A DNA stretch of 63,317 bases, the filler included, from Chrysochromulina tobinii (Eukaryota): the NCBI GenBank assembly GCA_001275005.1. It is 5 parts of 5 records of this genome, joined end to end, with 100 filler letters (N's around TTAATTAATTAA, not from the genome) between each part and the next. Parts side by side here need not be neighbours in the genome. Positions count along the whole stretch, not along the records: positions 51,994 to 60,784 come from JWZX01001364.1; positions 60,885 to 63,317 come from JWZX01001407.1; 3 more parts are not named here. The stretch is one strand, 5' to 3'. This document shows positions 52,849-63,317 of the stretch, piece after piece (within the stretch, counting starts at the first letter, position 1; each line of letters begins with the position of its first letter). Made by a program: the position numbers and the translations under genes. The notes under the pieces are model-generated. The model ran no database searches and was not told the DNA's origin. It was given only the letters and a program-made list of their open reading frames with translations.

Positions 52849-55800
52849 GGGTGCCGCCTCTCGGCAGCCCCCTCGGTGAGCAATCACGAGGTAATCGTGA
52901 TGTAATCATGATGCAATCATGATCAGGTTGATGAGCCATCACTGGCACTCAGCCTCTTATGCGCTCGTAGCCGGCGGTCGGCGGCTCGGCGCGCGTGGCG
53001 CGCGAGCGAAGCGCAGGCCGCCTCTCGGCGGCCCCCTCGGTGAGAAATCATGACGTAATCATGATGAAATCATGGTCAGGCCGATGAGCCATCACTTGCA
53101 CTCAGCCTCTGATTCGCACGTAGCGAGCGGTCGGCTCGCGTTGCGCGCGAGCGAGGCGCAGGCCGCGCGGTGGGAAATCGAGACGTAATCATGATGCCAT
53201 CATGATCAGGTTTTTTATGAGCGATCAACGGCGCTCAGCCTTCGTAGCGGGCGGGCGGCGCGCGTGGCGCGTGATCGTGTGCGGACAGCCTCTCGGCGGC
53301 CCTTCGGTGAGCCACACCACGATGTAATCATGATGCCATCATGATCACAGGCTGATGAACCGATGAACCACCACTGGCACTCAGCCTCCGAAGCGCTCGT
53401 TAGGGGGCGGTCGGCGCGCATGGCTAGCGAGCGAGGAGCTGGCCGCCTCTCGGCGGCCCCCTCGGTGGGCAATCACGATGTCATCATGATGTCATCGTGA
53501 TCAGGTTGATGAGCCATCACTGGCACTCAGCCTCTGATTCGCACGTAGCAGGCGGTCGGCTCGCGTTGCGCGCGAGCGAGGCGCTGGCCGCCTCTCGGCG
53601 GCCCCCTCGGACGTGAGCAATCATGACGTAATCATGATGTCATCATGATCAGGTTGATGAGCCATCACTGGCACTGTCAGCCTCTGATTCGCACGTAGCG
53701 GGCGGTCGGCTCGCGTTGCGCGCGAGCGAGGCGGTGGCCGCCTCTCGGCAGCCCCCTCGGTGAGCAATCACGATGCAATCATGATACCGTCATGATTGGT
53801 TGATGAGCCACACCGCGGGCACTCAGCCTCTGATTCGCTCGTAGCGGTCGGTACACTGCGATCGTCGCGCGCGGCCACCTTTCGGTACAGCCCGGTCAGC
53901 GAGCAGACACGAGGTAATCCATGATGCAATCATAGTTGTATGAGATGATGAGCCACCGCGGCGATCGGCCGTGTGGCCGCCACTCGGCGTCCCTCTCGGT
54001 ACCCTCTCGGTGTGCGATTAGTGTGCGATCCGAGGTGATCATGATGCACTCATGATTGATATGATGAGCCATCGCGGGCAGGGCAATCAGCCTGCTATAC
54101 GCGATCACGGTTCGGTATCGGGCCGTCGACGCATCTTGCGCGTCGTTGCGGTGCGGTGCGGTGCGGTGCGATGCGGTGCGGTGCGGTGTGGTCTGCGGGT
54201 ATACGCTGAGGTGTACAATCGTCGCGCAGCGAGCGAGCGGAGCGCGGGCCGCCTCTCGGCAGCCCCTCAGTGAGCCATCACGGTACCCTCGGTAGCCCCT
54301 CGGTGGGTGATCACGATGTAATCATGATGCCATCATGATCGGGCTGATGAACCACCACTGGCATTCAGCCTCCTATGCGCTCGTTAGGGGGCGGTCGGCG
54401 CGCGTGGCTAGCGAACGAGGCGCGGGCCGCCTCTCGGCAGCCCTTCGGTAGCAACTCGGTGGGCAATCACGATGTGATCATGATGCCATCATGATCAGGT
54501 TGATGAGCCATCGCTGGCACTCAGCCTCTGGTTCGCTTGGGAGCAGTCAGTTGGCGCGCGTGGCGCGCGAGTGAAGCGTGGGCCGCCTCTCGGCAGCCCC
54601 CTCGGTGAGCAATCACGATGCAATCATGATCGAGTTAATGAGCCATCACTGGCACTCAGCCACTGATGCGTTCGTAGCGGGCGGTCAGCGCGCGTGGCTA
54701 TGGCGTGCAAGGGGGTCGGCCGCCTCTTGGCGGCCCCCTCGGTGAGCAATCACACCGTAATCGTGATGCAATCATATCGGGTTGATGATCCAACAATGGC
54801 GTTCAGCCTCTCATTCGCTCGTAGCGGTTTCGTAGCGGGCGGTCGGCTCGCGTTGCGCGCGAGCGAGGCGCTGGCCGCCTCTCGGCGGCCCCCTCGGTGA
54901 GCCATCATGACGTAATCATGATGCAATCATGCTCAGGCCGATGAGCCATCACTGGCCCTCAGCCTCTGATTCGCACGTAGCGGGCGGTCGGCTCGCGTGG
55001 CGCGCGCGAGCGAGGCGCTGGCCGCCTCTCGGCAGCCCCCTCGGTGAGCAAAATCTTGACTTAATCATGATGCAATCATGATCAGGCCGAAGAGCCATCA
55101 CTGGCACTCGGCCTCTGATTCGCACGTAGCGGTCGGTCAGCTCGCGTTGCGCGCGAGCGAGGCGCTGGCCGCCTCTCGGCGGCCCCCTCGGTGAGCAATC
55201 ATGACTTAATCATGATGCAATCATGCTCAGGCCGATGAGCCATCCCTGGCCCTCAGCCTCTGATTCGCTCGTAGCGGTCGGTCGGCTCGCGTTGCGCGCG
55301 AGCGAGGAGCTGGCCGCCTCTCGGCGGCCCCCTCGGTGAGCAATCATGATGTAATCATGATGCAATCATGCTCAGGCCGATGAGCCATCACTGGCCCTCA
55401 GCCTCTGATTCGCACGTAGCGGGCGGTCGGCTCGCGTTGCGCGCGAGCGAGGCGCTGGCCGCCTCTCGGTGGCCCCCTCGGTGAGCAATCATGACGTAAT
55501 CATGATGCCATCATGATTAGGCCGATGAGCCATCACTGGCCCTCAGCCTCTGATTCGCACGTAGCGGTCGGTCGGCTCGCGTGTAGCTCGCGTGGGGCGC
55601 GCGAGCGAGGAGCTGGCCGCCTCTCGGCGGCCCCCTCGGTGAGCAATCATGACGTAATCATGATGCAATGATGCTCAGGCCGATGAGCCATCACTGGCCC
55701 TCAGCCTCTGATTCGCGCGTAGCGGGCGGTCGGCTCGCGTTGCGCGCGAGCGAGGCGCTGGCCGCCTCTCGGCGGCCCCCCCGTGAGCAATCATGACATA

Positions 55801-55935
55801 ATCATGATGTCATCATGCTCAGGCCGATTAGCCATCACAGATTCGCTCGTATAGCGGGCGGTCGGCGCGCGTGGTGCGCGAAGCGCGATCAACTGGCCCG
55901 GGCCGCCTCTCGGCAGCCCTTTGGACGGTGAGCAA
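52849..55935. repeat. ~145-bp satellite array, about 20 units
   Basis: GGCCGCCTCTCGGCGGCCCCCTCGGTGAGCAATCATGACGTAATCATGATGCAATCATG...CTCGCGTTGCGCGCGAGCGAGGCGCT; unit starts at 55167, 55312 and 55457 are 145 bp apart. Confidence 0.92.
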
Positions 55936-56565
55936 TGACGCTCGCCCACTAATCGCGTGGCCTGAGCGGTCGCTGTACGCGAAAAACTACGCCGCCGGCG
56001 TAACCGACGCCATCTTGATCGCGCCGTCTTGGCCCTGAGCTGGCTATGCGGCGCTGTTGACCTGCGGTGCGCGCGCGGCCTCGTCGCGCGAGCGTCGTCG
56101 CGGGCGTGCGTCCCTAACTTATTGCGCACGGGCGCCGTCGCGGGCGCGCGGTGTTTGCCCTGTCGCGAGCGCCCTAGCGAGCGCGCTGACCTGAGCGCCA
56201 TCGCGAGCGCGCCGTCTTGGACCTGCACTGGCCATGCGGTGCATGGTTGCGCTTCCATGCGCTCGTTTTGTCGCGCGCGAGCGCCGTCGTGGGCACCTTC
56301 TGGCCCTGTACTGGCGATGCTGCGCGCGTGCCCCCGGTTCGTCGCTCGTAATTTATCGCGCGTGGGCGCCGTCGCGGGCGCGTCGCCCCGGCGCTGTCGC
56401 GAGCACTGTCGCGAGCGCGCAGTCTTGGCCCGGCACTGGCCTTTGTTGCCTGCTCGCGTCGGGTATTTATTGCGCTCGTGGGCGCCGTCGCGGGCGTGCT
56501 GCCTTCGCCCGGTACTGGCGATGCGGCGCGCTAGCGCCCTCGGTTTATCGCTGGGTGGGAGGGGG

Positions 56566-58128
56566 GAGAGCGATCGTCGCGTGATCGTAGCCGATCCGCA
56601 TCGCGGTCACGTGACGCTTGAAAATCTCCTGAGGGAAGGAGGTGTCGCCCGATGCTATTGAGGTTCGTCAATAGAAGGTTCTGTAGAGAGGCGCTCGGTA
56701 CTAGCGCCGTTCTGTGCACTGTGTGTTCACACTGTGACATCGCCAACATTACGAAGGGGGGATAGGGTTATCCACTTCGCCCTTCAGGCGTTGCAGCTTC
56801 ACGCCACACCCGCCAATCCGTCTCCGCACACAACTCCTGTGCGTGCGAAAGTTGTATAATCCCACTAAAGGGTTTCGTCGCGCTTTCGCGCGCCGCTCTG
56901 CTGCTGTGTCACATTCGGGACACATGGGTGGTACGGTACGTACTGGATCGGTCATTAAGATGCCCGTCGGGTTAGCACTTCCTCTCGGGAGTGCGGACCA
57001 TTGGGTAGGTGAGGTCCCCGTGTCCGGGACCGGGAGCATAACGCTATTAGCGCTACGTACCCTTCTCCAACGGTCCTCCATCTGCGCTTTCTTTGAATCC
57101 CAATGGTCCTAACACCCAGAACCATATGTGGTTATAGATGAGGTTTTATGTGTACCCGACCAGAACCATGAATGGTACAGGACGAGCGGTTGCAATGCGT
57201 CTCCTTCCCTACTTAGGGAGGGGTGACTCTCCTCCCTTTACAGGGGATTGACTCTTTGTGCGCGCCGTCGCGCTCGTTGCATTCCCATCGTGCGCATCGC
57301 GCTCATCGCGCTCACCTCGAACACCGCGCCCATCGCGCTCATGTTCGTGCGTGGATCTCCGCGATCCTTGACGGATCGCGGGACTGTCGCTCGCTGCAGC
57401 AGCTGCTGCTGCTGCTCCGCGCGCTGCTGTCGCTGCCCTTCGAGCGCGCGTCGCGAGACCGCGCGCTCGCGCTTGTCGAGGCGAGGGAGGCCCTCGCCGG
57501 TCCTGTCACTGCCGAGAGACGTTGTCGGTGTGGCTTGCCGCCGCGGCGTCGTGTTTATGTTCATGTTTGTACATGAATCACCGCGACCCGTTGTCGGGTC
57601 GCGGGACTGCCGCTTGCAGCTGCTGCCGCTGCTGCTGCTGCTGCTGCCGTCGCGCGCGGGGTCGCATATAGGCATCGTCGCCCAGCACGCTGGCGCTCTG
57701 GCTGGGGTGATCCTTTCCTCCTGGCGGGTTACGGATTTGCGCTGGGCCTGGGCCGCCTTTCGGTGTGAGACTCGAGCGCAGCCTTCGAGTCATGGGGTCG
57801 GGACAGCATCCTCACCCGTCTGCCCCTTGATTCGTCGTCACTCCCTTTGTGTTCAAGCGTCACGAGAGCGATCGTCGCGTGATCGTAGCCGATCCGCATC
57901 GCGGTCACGTGACGCTTGAAAATCTCCTGAGGGAAGGAGGTGTCGCCCGATGCTATTGAGGTTCGTCAATAGAAGGTTCTGTAGAGAGGCGCTCGGTACT
58001 AGCGCCGTTCTGTGCACTGTGTGTTCACACTGTGACATCGCCAACATTACGAAGGGGGGATAGGGTTATCCACTTCGCCCTTCAGGCGTTGCAGCTTCAC
58101 GCCACACCCGCCAATCCGTCTCCGCACA
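56566..58128. repeat. 265-bp direct repeat pair 'X' (56566-56830 and 57864-58128), likely retroelement terminal repeats
   Basis: GAGAGCGATCGTCGCGTGATCGTAGCC...CAATCCGTCTCCGCACA appears identical in both copies by eye. Confidence 0.9.
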
Positions 58129-58259
58129 AAAAGCCGGCACAGCGCGCCGTTTTGGGCAAAACTTTAGAGAGGAGGCCTCACCAACTTACCGGTACCGGTA
58201 CAGTAGCGGCTTCCCCATCAACATTCGACTGTTCAATCCTACGTCCACTCGTCATCACG

Positions 58260-59753
58260 TCAACCCTGCGCGGATGGCCCAATCCCGCTGGGACGCTGCC
58301 CGAGAAGTGCCTCGCAGCGCTGCGCAGCCTCTGCCTCGTTGCCGCCCGCGAGCACGGTGGCACGCCGCCAGCGTTCCAAGGTCTGCGTGGCCTCGGCGCG
58401 CTGCCCGGCAAAGTGCTGCATCTTCGCAAGCTCGAAGGCCATCGCAAGGCTGGTGACATCGGCCTCGCCTTGGGAATCCGTGCAGAGGCTGAGGGCACGC
58501 TGCTGCATGCTGATGGCCTCTTCGAGCTTGCCCGTGACGCGCATCGACTGAGCGAGCGCCGCGAGCGAGTCGGCCGTGCGCCGCTGGGCACGCCCCATCG
58601 ATGCCTTGTCCACGGGCGCCGCGCCGCCGCTCCCCATCAGGCCGCCATAGTTGTGGGACTCCGTGTTAGGCACCGGCGGCGTCGCGCTGGACGTGTAGAA
58701 CGGCGCGCGCGGGGGCAGGCCGAGGGCGGCACGCACGGCGTCCATCTGGAGCAGGCCCACGTAGCCGAGCGAGAAGGTATTGTTCGCGATCCAAAAGAGT
58801 AAGACGGAATTCGGCATCGTCGAGGCTACCGGCAGAGAGATCATCGTGAGCCCGCTCATCATGAGCTTCATACGCTCCACCTGCTGCGCCTCGTCGGCGC
58901 TTGCGCCCGCGGGTGCGCCTGGGATGCTCAGGCGCACGAGCGCGAGCGCCGTGAGGCCCGAAGCGACTGGAAGGTAGAAGGACTCGTCGCGCGCGCCCAG
59001 GTCGACAAACCAGTACATCCCACCCTCGTGCGCTGTGGGGAAGGCATCGGCCAGTCGTCGCAACCCGAGAAAGAAGCTCATAAAAATGGGCAGCTGCGCG
59101 AGCGGCAAGAGCATGACGTTGAAGGGCGAGACGCCGTGGCGTGCGTACAGCGCCCGCAGCTCCTCCACAGCCGCCGCGTCCGTTCCTCCGCTCGCCTGGA
59201 TGCGCGCCTGCAGTGGCAGCAGATCCGCGCGAAGCCCCTGCAGCGCCGCCTGCTGCTGCGTGCCGCGCAGGGCAATCGGCAGCAAGGCCACGCGCACCGT
59301 GAGCGTGCAGGCAACGATGGCGCCCCACCACGGCAGCCCTGCCGAGTCATGAAGCAGCGCGGCCGCACGCAGCGCAAGATCAGGTGGCCAGTACGAGAGC
59401 ACCAGCGGCAGCGCAGCGGCGGCGTCGACGGCCGCGTGTACGACGGCTGCTTGCGCGCTATTGGCGGCTGCGGCAGCTGTGGACTCGATGCCACCTGAGA
59501 AGTCAGATGCCGGCACGGATGCGTCAAGCAGGACGGCCGACGGCAACGGCAGGCTCGGAAGCGCTGGCGGAAACACTCCCAGTAGATTTGCCGGATCCTC
59601 CTTGATGGAAGCGGCGTCGACGGCGACGTCAAATGAGATGGACGGCGGATCCGCGGACGATGTGAGGCAGCGCAAGCTCAACCGAGCCAAGTCGATCCGG
59701 CGGCGCGCGAGGGTCGCGCCGCGGGCGCGCACGAGCAGCGCGGCGACTCGCAT
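58260..59753 (-). CDS. OXA1: Mitochondrial Oxa1/YidC-family membrane insertase with C-terminal TPR-like region
   Basis: Arg-rich presequence from MRVAALL (59753). LHDSAGLPWWGAIVACTLTVRVALLP, LAQLPIFMSFFLGLRRL, GGMYWFVDL and LLFWIANNTFS motifs. TPR-like GKLEEAISMQQRAL and GQRAEATQTLE. Confidence 0.88.
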   Translation of the reverse strand: MRVAALLVRARGATLARRRIDLARLSLRCLTSSADPPSISFDVAVDAASIKEDPANLLGVFPPALPSLPLPSAVLLDASVPASDFSGGIESTAAAAANSAQAAVVHAAVDAAAALPLVLSYWPPDLALRAAALLHDSAGLPWWGAIVACTLTVRVALLPIALRGTQQQAALQGLRADLLPLQARIQASGGTDAAAVEELRALYARHGVSPFNVMLLPLAQLPIFMSFFLGLRRLADAFPTAHEGGMYWFVDLGARDESFYLPVASGLTALALVRLSIPGAPAGASADEAQQVERMKLMMSGLTMISLPVASTMPNSVLLFWIANNTFSLGYVGLLQMDAVRAALGLPPRAPFYTSSATPPVPNTESHNYGGLMGSGGAAPVDKASMGRAQRRTADSLAALAQSMRVTGKLEEAISMQQRALSLCTDSQGEADVTSLAMAFELAKMQHFAGQRAEATQTLERWRRATVLAGGNEAEAAQRCEALLGQRPSGIGPSAQG

Positions 59754-59929
59754 GAGACGAGTGGGGAAATCAGAGGGGAAGCGATTTTGATGTGTGTCGC
59801 GATGCACCCAATCGAGCATGCGATTGCGATCCTGGTAAGTTTGAAGTTCCGCTCAAGACGGCTCCCCAAGTTCGGCTTGCCTGCGGTCTCTTTCTCTTCT
59901 CTCTGCTGCTGTCGCGTCTTTTTGCACCG

Positions 59930-60532
59930 ATGAGCATCGACCACGGCAGCAAGGTCACTCCGATCAAGGCTGGCCCCATGGCCGAGCTTGCCGCCATGCG
60001 CGAGCAATATGCCAATTCTGGTGGCGTGCCACCACCACCCGGTGCGCCTACGCTGCCTGGCGAAGGACATCACTGCTCTGCGCGTGTTCTGCTGAGCTGT
60101 GGTGCATCTCAGGCGCGCGCTTGGCTGTCCTAGCACTCGCCTGAGCGTGTGTATATGCTCCACCCGCGCCCGCGCAGAGATGCACGTTACCCACGAGGAG
60201 ATGAAGGCGGCGCGCGTGCCGTTGCTCTTCCGTGACTACTGTGCCCACTTGCTCATCCCTCTCAACGAGTGCCGCATCAAGACGTGGTACTCACCCTTCA
60301 AGTGCAGGGACCTGCGCCACGGATACGAGAAATGCCAATACGACGAGTGAGCGCGCCGGCGGCGTTGAACCCACACGCCGCTGGCACACACTGAGTGAGC
60401 ACCCAGTGCGCACACGGTGCGCCCTGGTTGTAACGATGGCGTGCTCATTGCACCCCGTCATTGCTGCCGCCGCGCAGGTTCACGCGGCGAGTCGCGATCG
60501 CGCAGGCCGAGAAGATGGGCGCTAGCGAGTAA
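59930..60532 (+). CDS. NDUFB7: NADH:ubiquinone oxidoreductase subunit B18 (NDUFB7), three exons
   Basis: Introns 60042-60177 and 60347-60477 give ...EMHVTHEEMKAARVPLLFRDYCAHLLIPLNECRIKTWYSPFKCRDLRHGYEKCQYDEFTRRV, with the twin CX9C motif. Confidence 0.92.
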
Positions 60533-60784
60533 TGCACGACACACACTCGACCCATGCCACATGCCTCATGCGAACCCGTTCCTATCCGTAGTATTGGTGA
60601 TGGCAGCTGGCCGCGCTGGCTCGTCTTCAGGCCTTGAGTCTGCGTCCGTCTGCTGTTCCGGGGGCGGTAGTCTTTTGCTTACACGCTTTTCGAAAGAAAC
60701 CCTTTTTGGGTTTTTTATGGTCCTAGAGACCTTTCTCAGATCGCCGCGAGTCCACCCCTTCTACAACCCGACTCTCGCAGAATG

Positions 60785-60884
60785 NNNNNNNNNNNNNNNN
60801 NNNNNNNNNNNNNNNNNNNNNNNNNNNNTTAATTAATTAANNNNNNNNNNNNNNNNNNNNNNNNNNNNNNNNNNNNNNNNNNNN
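60785..60884. other. Artificial contig-join linker
   Basis: N44-TTAATTAATTAA-N44. Confidence 0.97.
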
Positions 60885-61507
60885 GCAGGGACCGGGATGT
60901 CGCGCTCACCAGGCTGCCTTTGTGTAGTTTGATGAACCTGCAATCACCAACCTACGCGACCAAGTTTACTGTGTGGTGACCCGAGCATGCAACCCGAGCA
61001 TAAGGGATGGATGGGACAGCCTACGAGCGGCGGAGATGTGCGACTGAAATGCGACTCGTCGGCATCGCGCGCCACGCTCGCTGGCGTGGGCGACTTCCAG
61101 ATCCCCCGGCACTGCACCACGAACGATCCGTATGGCGGCTTCGAGCTCCAACGATGCGTCGGTGAAGCGATGGGCCAGAGGATCGCCATGAACACCTCAG
61201 CGAGCACAATCCGAGCTGCGACGTGCGTGCTGGCACAGCTTCACCGGCAACGAGTCATCGATGATTGCCACCTGGCCGCGCATGATGTGGGCGCGCTGAT
61301 CGTCGCCACCCACTACGGCGGCCGCACAGGCCCAGAGGAGGAGGACGATCTCGCCGCGACCACTCTGCTTCTGGTGCCCCACTGCCGTCCGTTTGACTGC
61401 TCCGATGGCTGCATGCATGCTGTGATGACGTCGCTCATCGGCGTCGCGCACAGCAAACTGAATACCCGTCTGCAGACGGTCTGCAGACCCCTCAATGGTT
61501 AGTCAGC

Positions 61508-62200
61508 TACCGACCCCTCTGCCGACCCCTTACCGACCCCTTCTGCCGACCCCTTCTAACTAATCTGCCGACCCCTCTGCCAACCCCTTCTAACTAATCT
61601 GCCGACCCCCCTGCCGACCCCTTCTAACTAATCTGCCGACCCCTTGCCGACCCCCTGCCGACCCTCGTTTGAACGCACAACACCGTTTGAACGCGCCGCG
61701 CCGTTTTGAGCGCGCCGCGCCGTTTTGAGCGCGCCGCGCCGTTTTGAGCGCGCAGCACCGTTTGAACGCGCGGCGCCGTTTTGAGCGCGCGGCGCCGTTT
61801 CGAGCGCGCTGCAGCGTTTGAATGCACAGCGCCGTTTTGAGCGCATGGCGCCGTTTTGAGCGCGCCGTTTTGAGCGAGCGGCGCCGTTTCGAGCGCGCGC
61901 ACCTGTATGGTTGGAACGCGCGCATCGTGTATGATTAGGATGGGGAGCATCAATGTGAAGGGTGTTTGAATCGGCGTGAGTTCAGTGAGCCGTTCCATTT
62001 CAATCCATCCAATCCATCCAATCCATCCAATCCATCCAATCCATCCAATCCATCCAATCCATCCAATCCATCCAATCCATCCAATCCATCCAATCGAATC
62101 CATCGAATCCATCGAATCCATCATCGCAATCCATCGAATCCATCATCGCAATCCATCGAATCCATCACCGCAATCCAATCGCAATCCAATCGCAATCCAT
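61508..62200. repeat. Cluster of three different simple/minisatellite arrays
   Basis: (CTAACTAATCTGCCGACCCC)-like at 61508-61665; (GCGCCGTTTTGAGC)-like at 61666-61920; (AATCCATCC)n 9-mer at ~62002-62095, degrading into AATCCATCG. Confidence 0.85.
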
Positions 62201-63317
62201 CGCAGCGGCAGCTGGCTCACTGGTTGAACGCGCAGCACGGTTCGAACGCGCAGCACAGCCGGGTTCGCACATGCCGGCGTGCGCTCGAGAGGGGTTGGGG
62301 GGTTGCGCAGGGTTGTGTAGACCGAGAGGATGGAGAAGTAGTATTGCTCACGGCGCCAGAGAAGCTGCGAAGGAGACAAGGGCTGCGCAGAGGGGAGCAG
62401 AGGGTGAGTTATGCGGCAGCCGGGCTTTCCCGATCGCATTGCGCTTGCGGCGTACCACAGCTGGGACGGTCGCAGGTAGTCTCGAGTTGCGAGCAGAGGT
62501 CAAAGTCCCATAGAATCCACCACGAGCACCACTGTATACCCATTCCATACCAGTTCCACGATCCATTTGGCAGTCTCTCCACGACTCCCATGTTCCATTC
62601 CCACATGTGCAGGCCTGTGAGAGGCACAGGCAAGGGTCCAAAACGCGAGGGTCAGTGGTTGGGGCCGCGCGCCGTCTCTCGCGATATGCGCGGCGCGTAC
62701 TCCGCAGTTCTCGCGCATCAGCTTGCGGTGTTGGGACTTGCATTGGCACCTCTCCATTTGGCACTCGCCACATTCCCATGTTCGATTCCCATTTTCAGAC
62801 CTGAGAGGCACACAGAGGCAGGGGCCAGAACGCGAGGGTCAGCGCGGTGGCCGCGCGCCGTCTCTCGCGCGCGCCATATGCGCGGCGCGCACTCTCCTCA
62901 GGTCTCGCGCATCACAGCTTGTGGTGTAGGGACTTGCATTGGCACCTGCATTGGCAAACGCAACGGTGAGAGGAGCGCGCGCGGCCGGCGTGCAAAAGGG
63001 ACGGCTCGTTGGTGGGGCGTACTCAGGCTCCCGAGTGATCAGGCACAGAGCGCGATGGCGCGGCACGAGTGACGATGCGCCGCACGTCAGGCTGCACAGG
63101 CACAGCGCGCCAGGCGACCACTCTGTGAGCCGTCTTGAACCGCGGCGGGTGGAGAGGTGTTGAAGGTGTCGCACGCGCGGCTGTGGGGAAAAATGAAGGA
63201 GCTCGCGTCGCGGACTTACAAGTGTGGGAACGCTAGAGTGTAGTCATTTACAATCCTTGCATTGGCACAAAACACGCGAACACGAGACTCTCCCTCATGC
63301 GCCACATGCACATCATC

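Larger units (their letters stand above)
52235..57057. repeat. Dispersed ~200-bp direct repeat pair 'Y' (52235-52434 and 56856-57057)
   Basis: ATAATCCCACTAAAGGGTTTCGTCGCGC...GCTATTAGCGCTACG occurs twice with few differences. Confidence 0.88.

Noticed and set aside
52849..55935. Possible CRISPR array
   Set aside because: The whole unit repeats with no unique spacers, there are no cas genes, and the context is eukaryotic.
20264..60884. TTAATTAATTAA motifs flanked by N runs (four sites) as biological elements, and gene clustering across them
   Set aside because: These are identical artificial linkers with stops in all frames, so synteny across them is not evidence.
61966..63072. 368-aa ORF with NPS repeats, and other repeat-derived ORFs (61624-62124, 23235-23624, 21939-22257)
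   Set aside because: These are translations of microsatellites or intronic repeats with no domain signal.
59..63174. Numerous overlapping antisense and alternate-frame ORFs in the track
   Set aside because: These are expected in high-GC DNA and are shadows of the real genes.

Overview
This is GC-rich eukaryotic genomic DNA, most likely from a haptophyte (prymnesiophyte-like) alga. That assignment is inferred from gene style, spliceosomal introns and domain repertoire. The window is five contigs joined by artificial N44-TTAATTAATTAA-N44 linkers, so adjacency across linkers carries no biological meaning. Recognisable genes: a bacterial-type glycoside hydrolase-like protein, an FkbM methyltransferase, a CDC6/ORC1-family AAA+ protein, a GH27 enzyme with a ricin-type domain, a SYLF/Ysc84 protein, FKBP, a DUF5522-like protein, ubiquitin E1 (UBA1), Oxa1/YidC with TPR-like repeats, and NDUFB7. 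There is also a MITE, a ~145-bp satellite and DIRS-like retroelement remnants. Three things stand out. (1) Two paralogous giant proteins on different contigs share a Schlafen/UvrD-like SF1 helicase core but carry different effector domains (HET-like x3, TMEM185-like and SAM in one; R-S-E ADP-ribosyltransferase and an EEP-like start in the other), suggesting a polymorphic immunity or conflict family. (2) The SYLF and UBA1 genes contain 'echo' introns that copy 10-40 nt of the adjacent exon, are padded with CTGATGAC/CTAATGAC repeats and end in shared acceptor cassettes, suggesting an active intron-creating process. (3) The CDC6 AAA+ domain is split between Walker A and Walker B by about 1,850 aa containing ten chromo-barrel (Tudor-knot) repeats.
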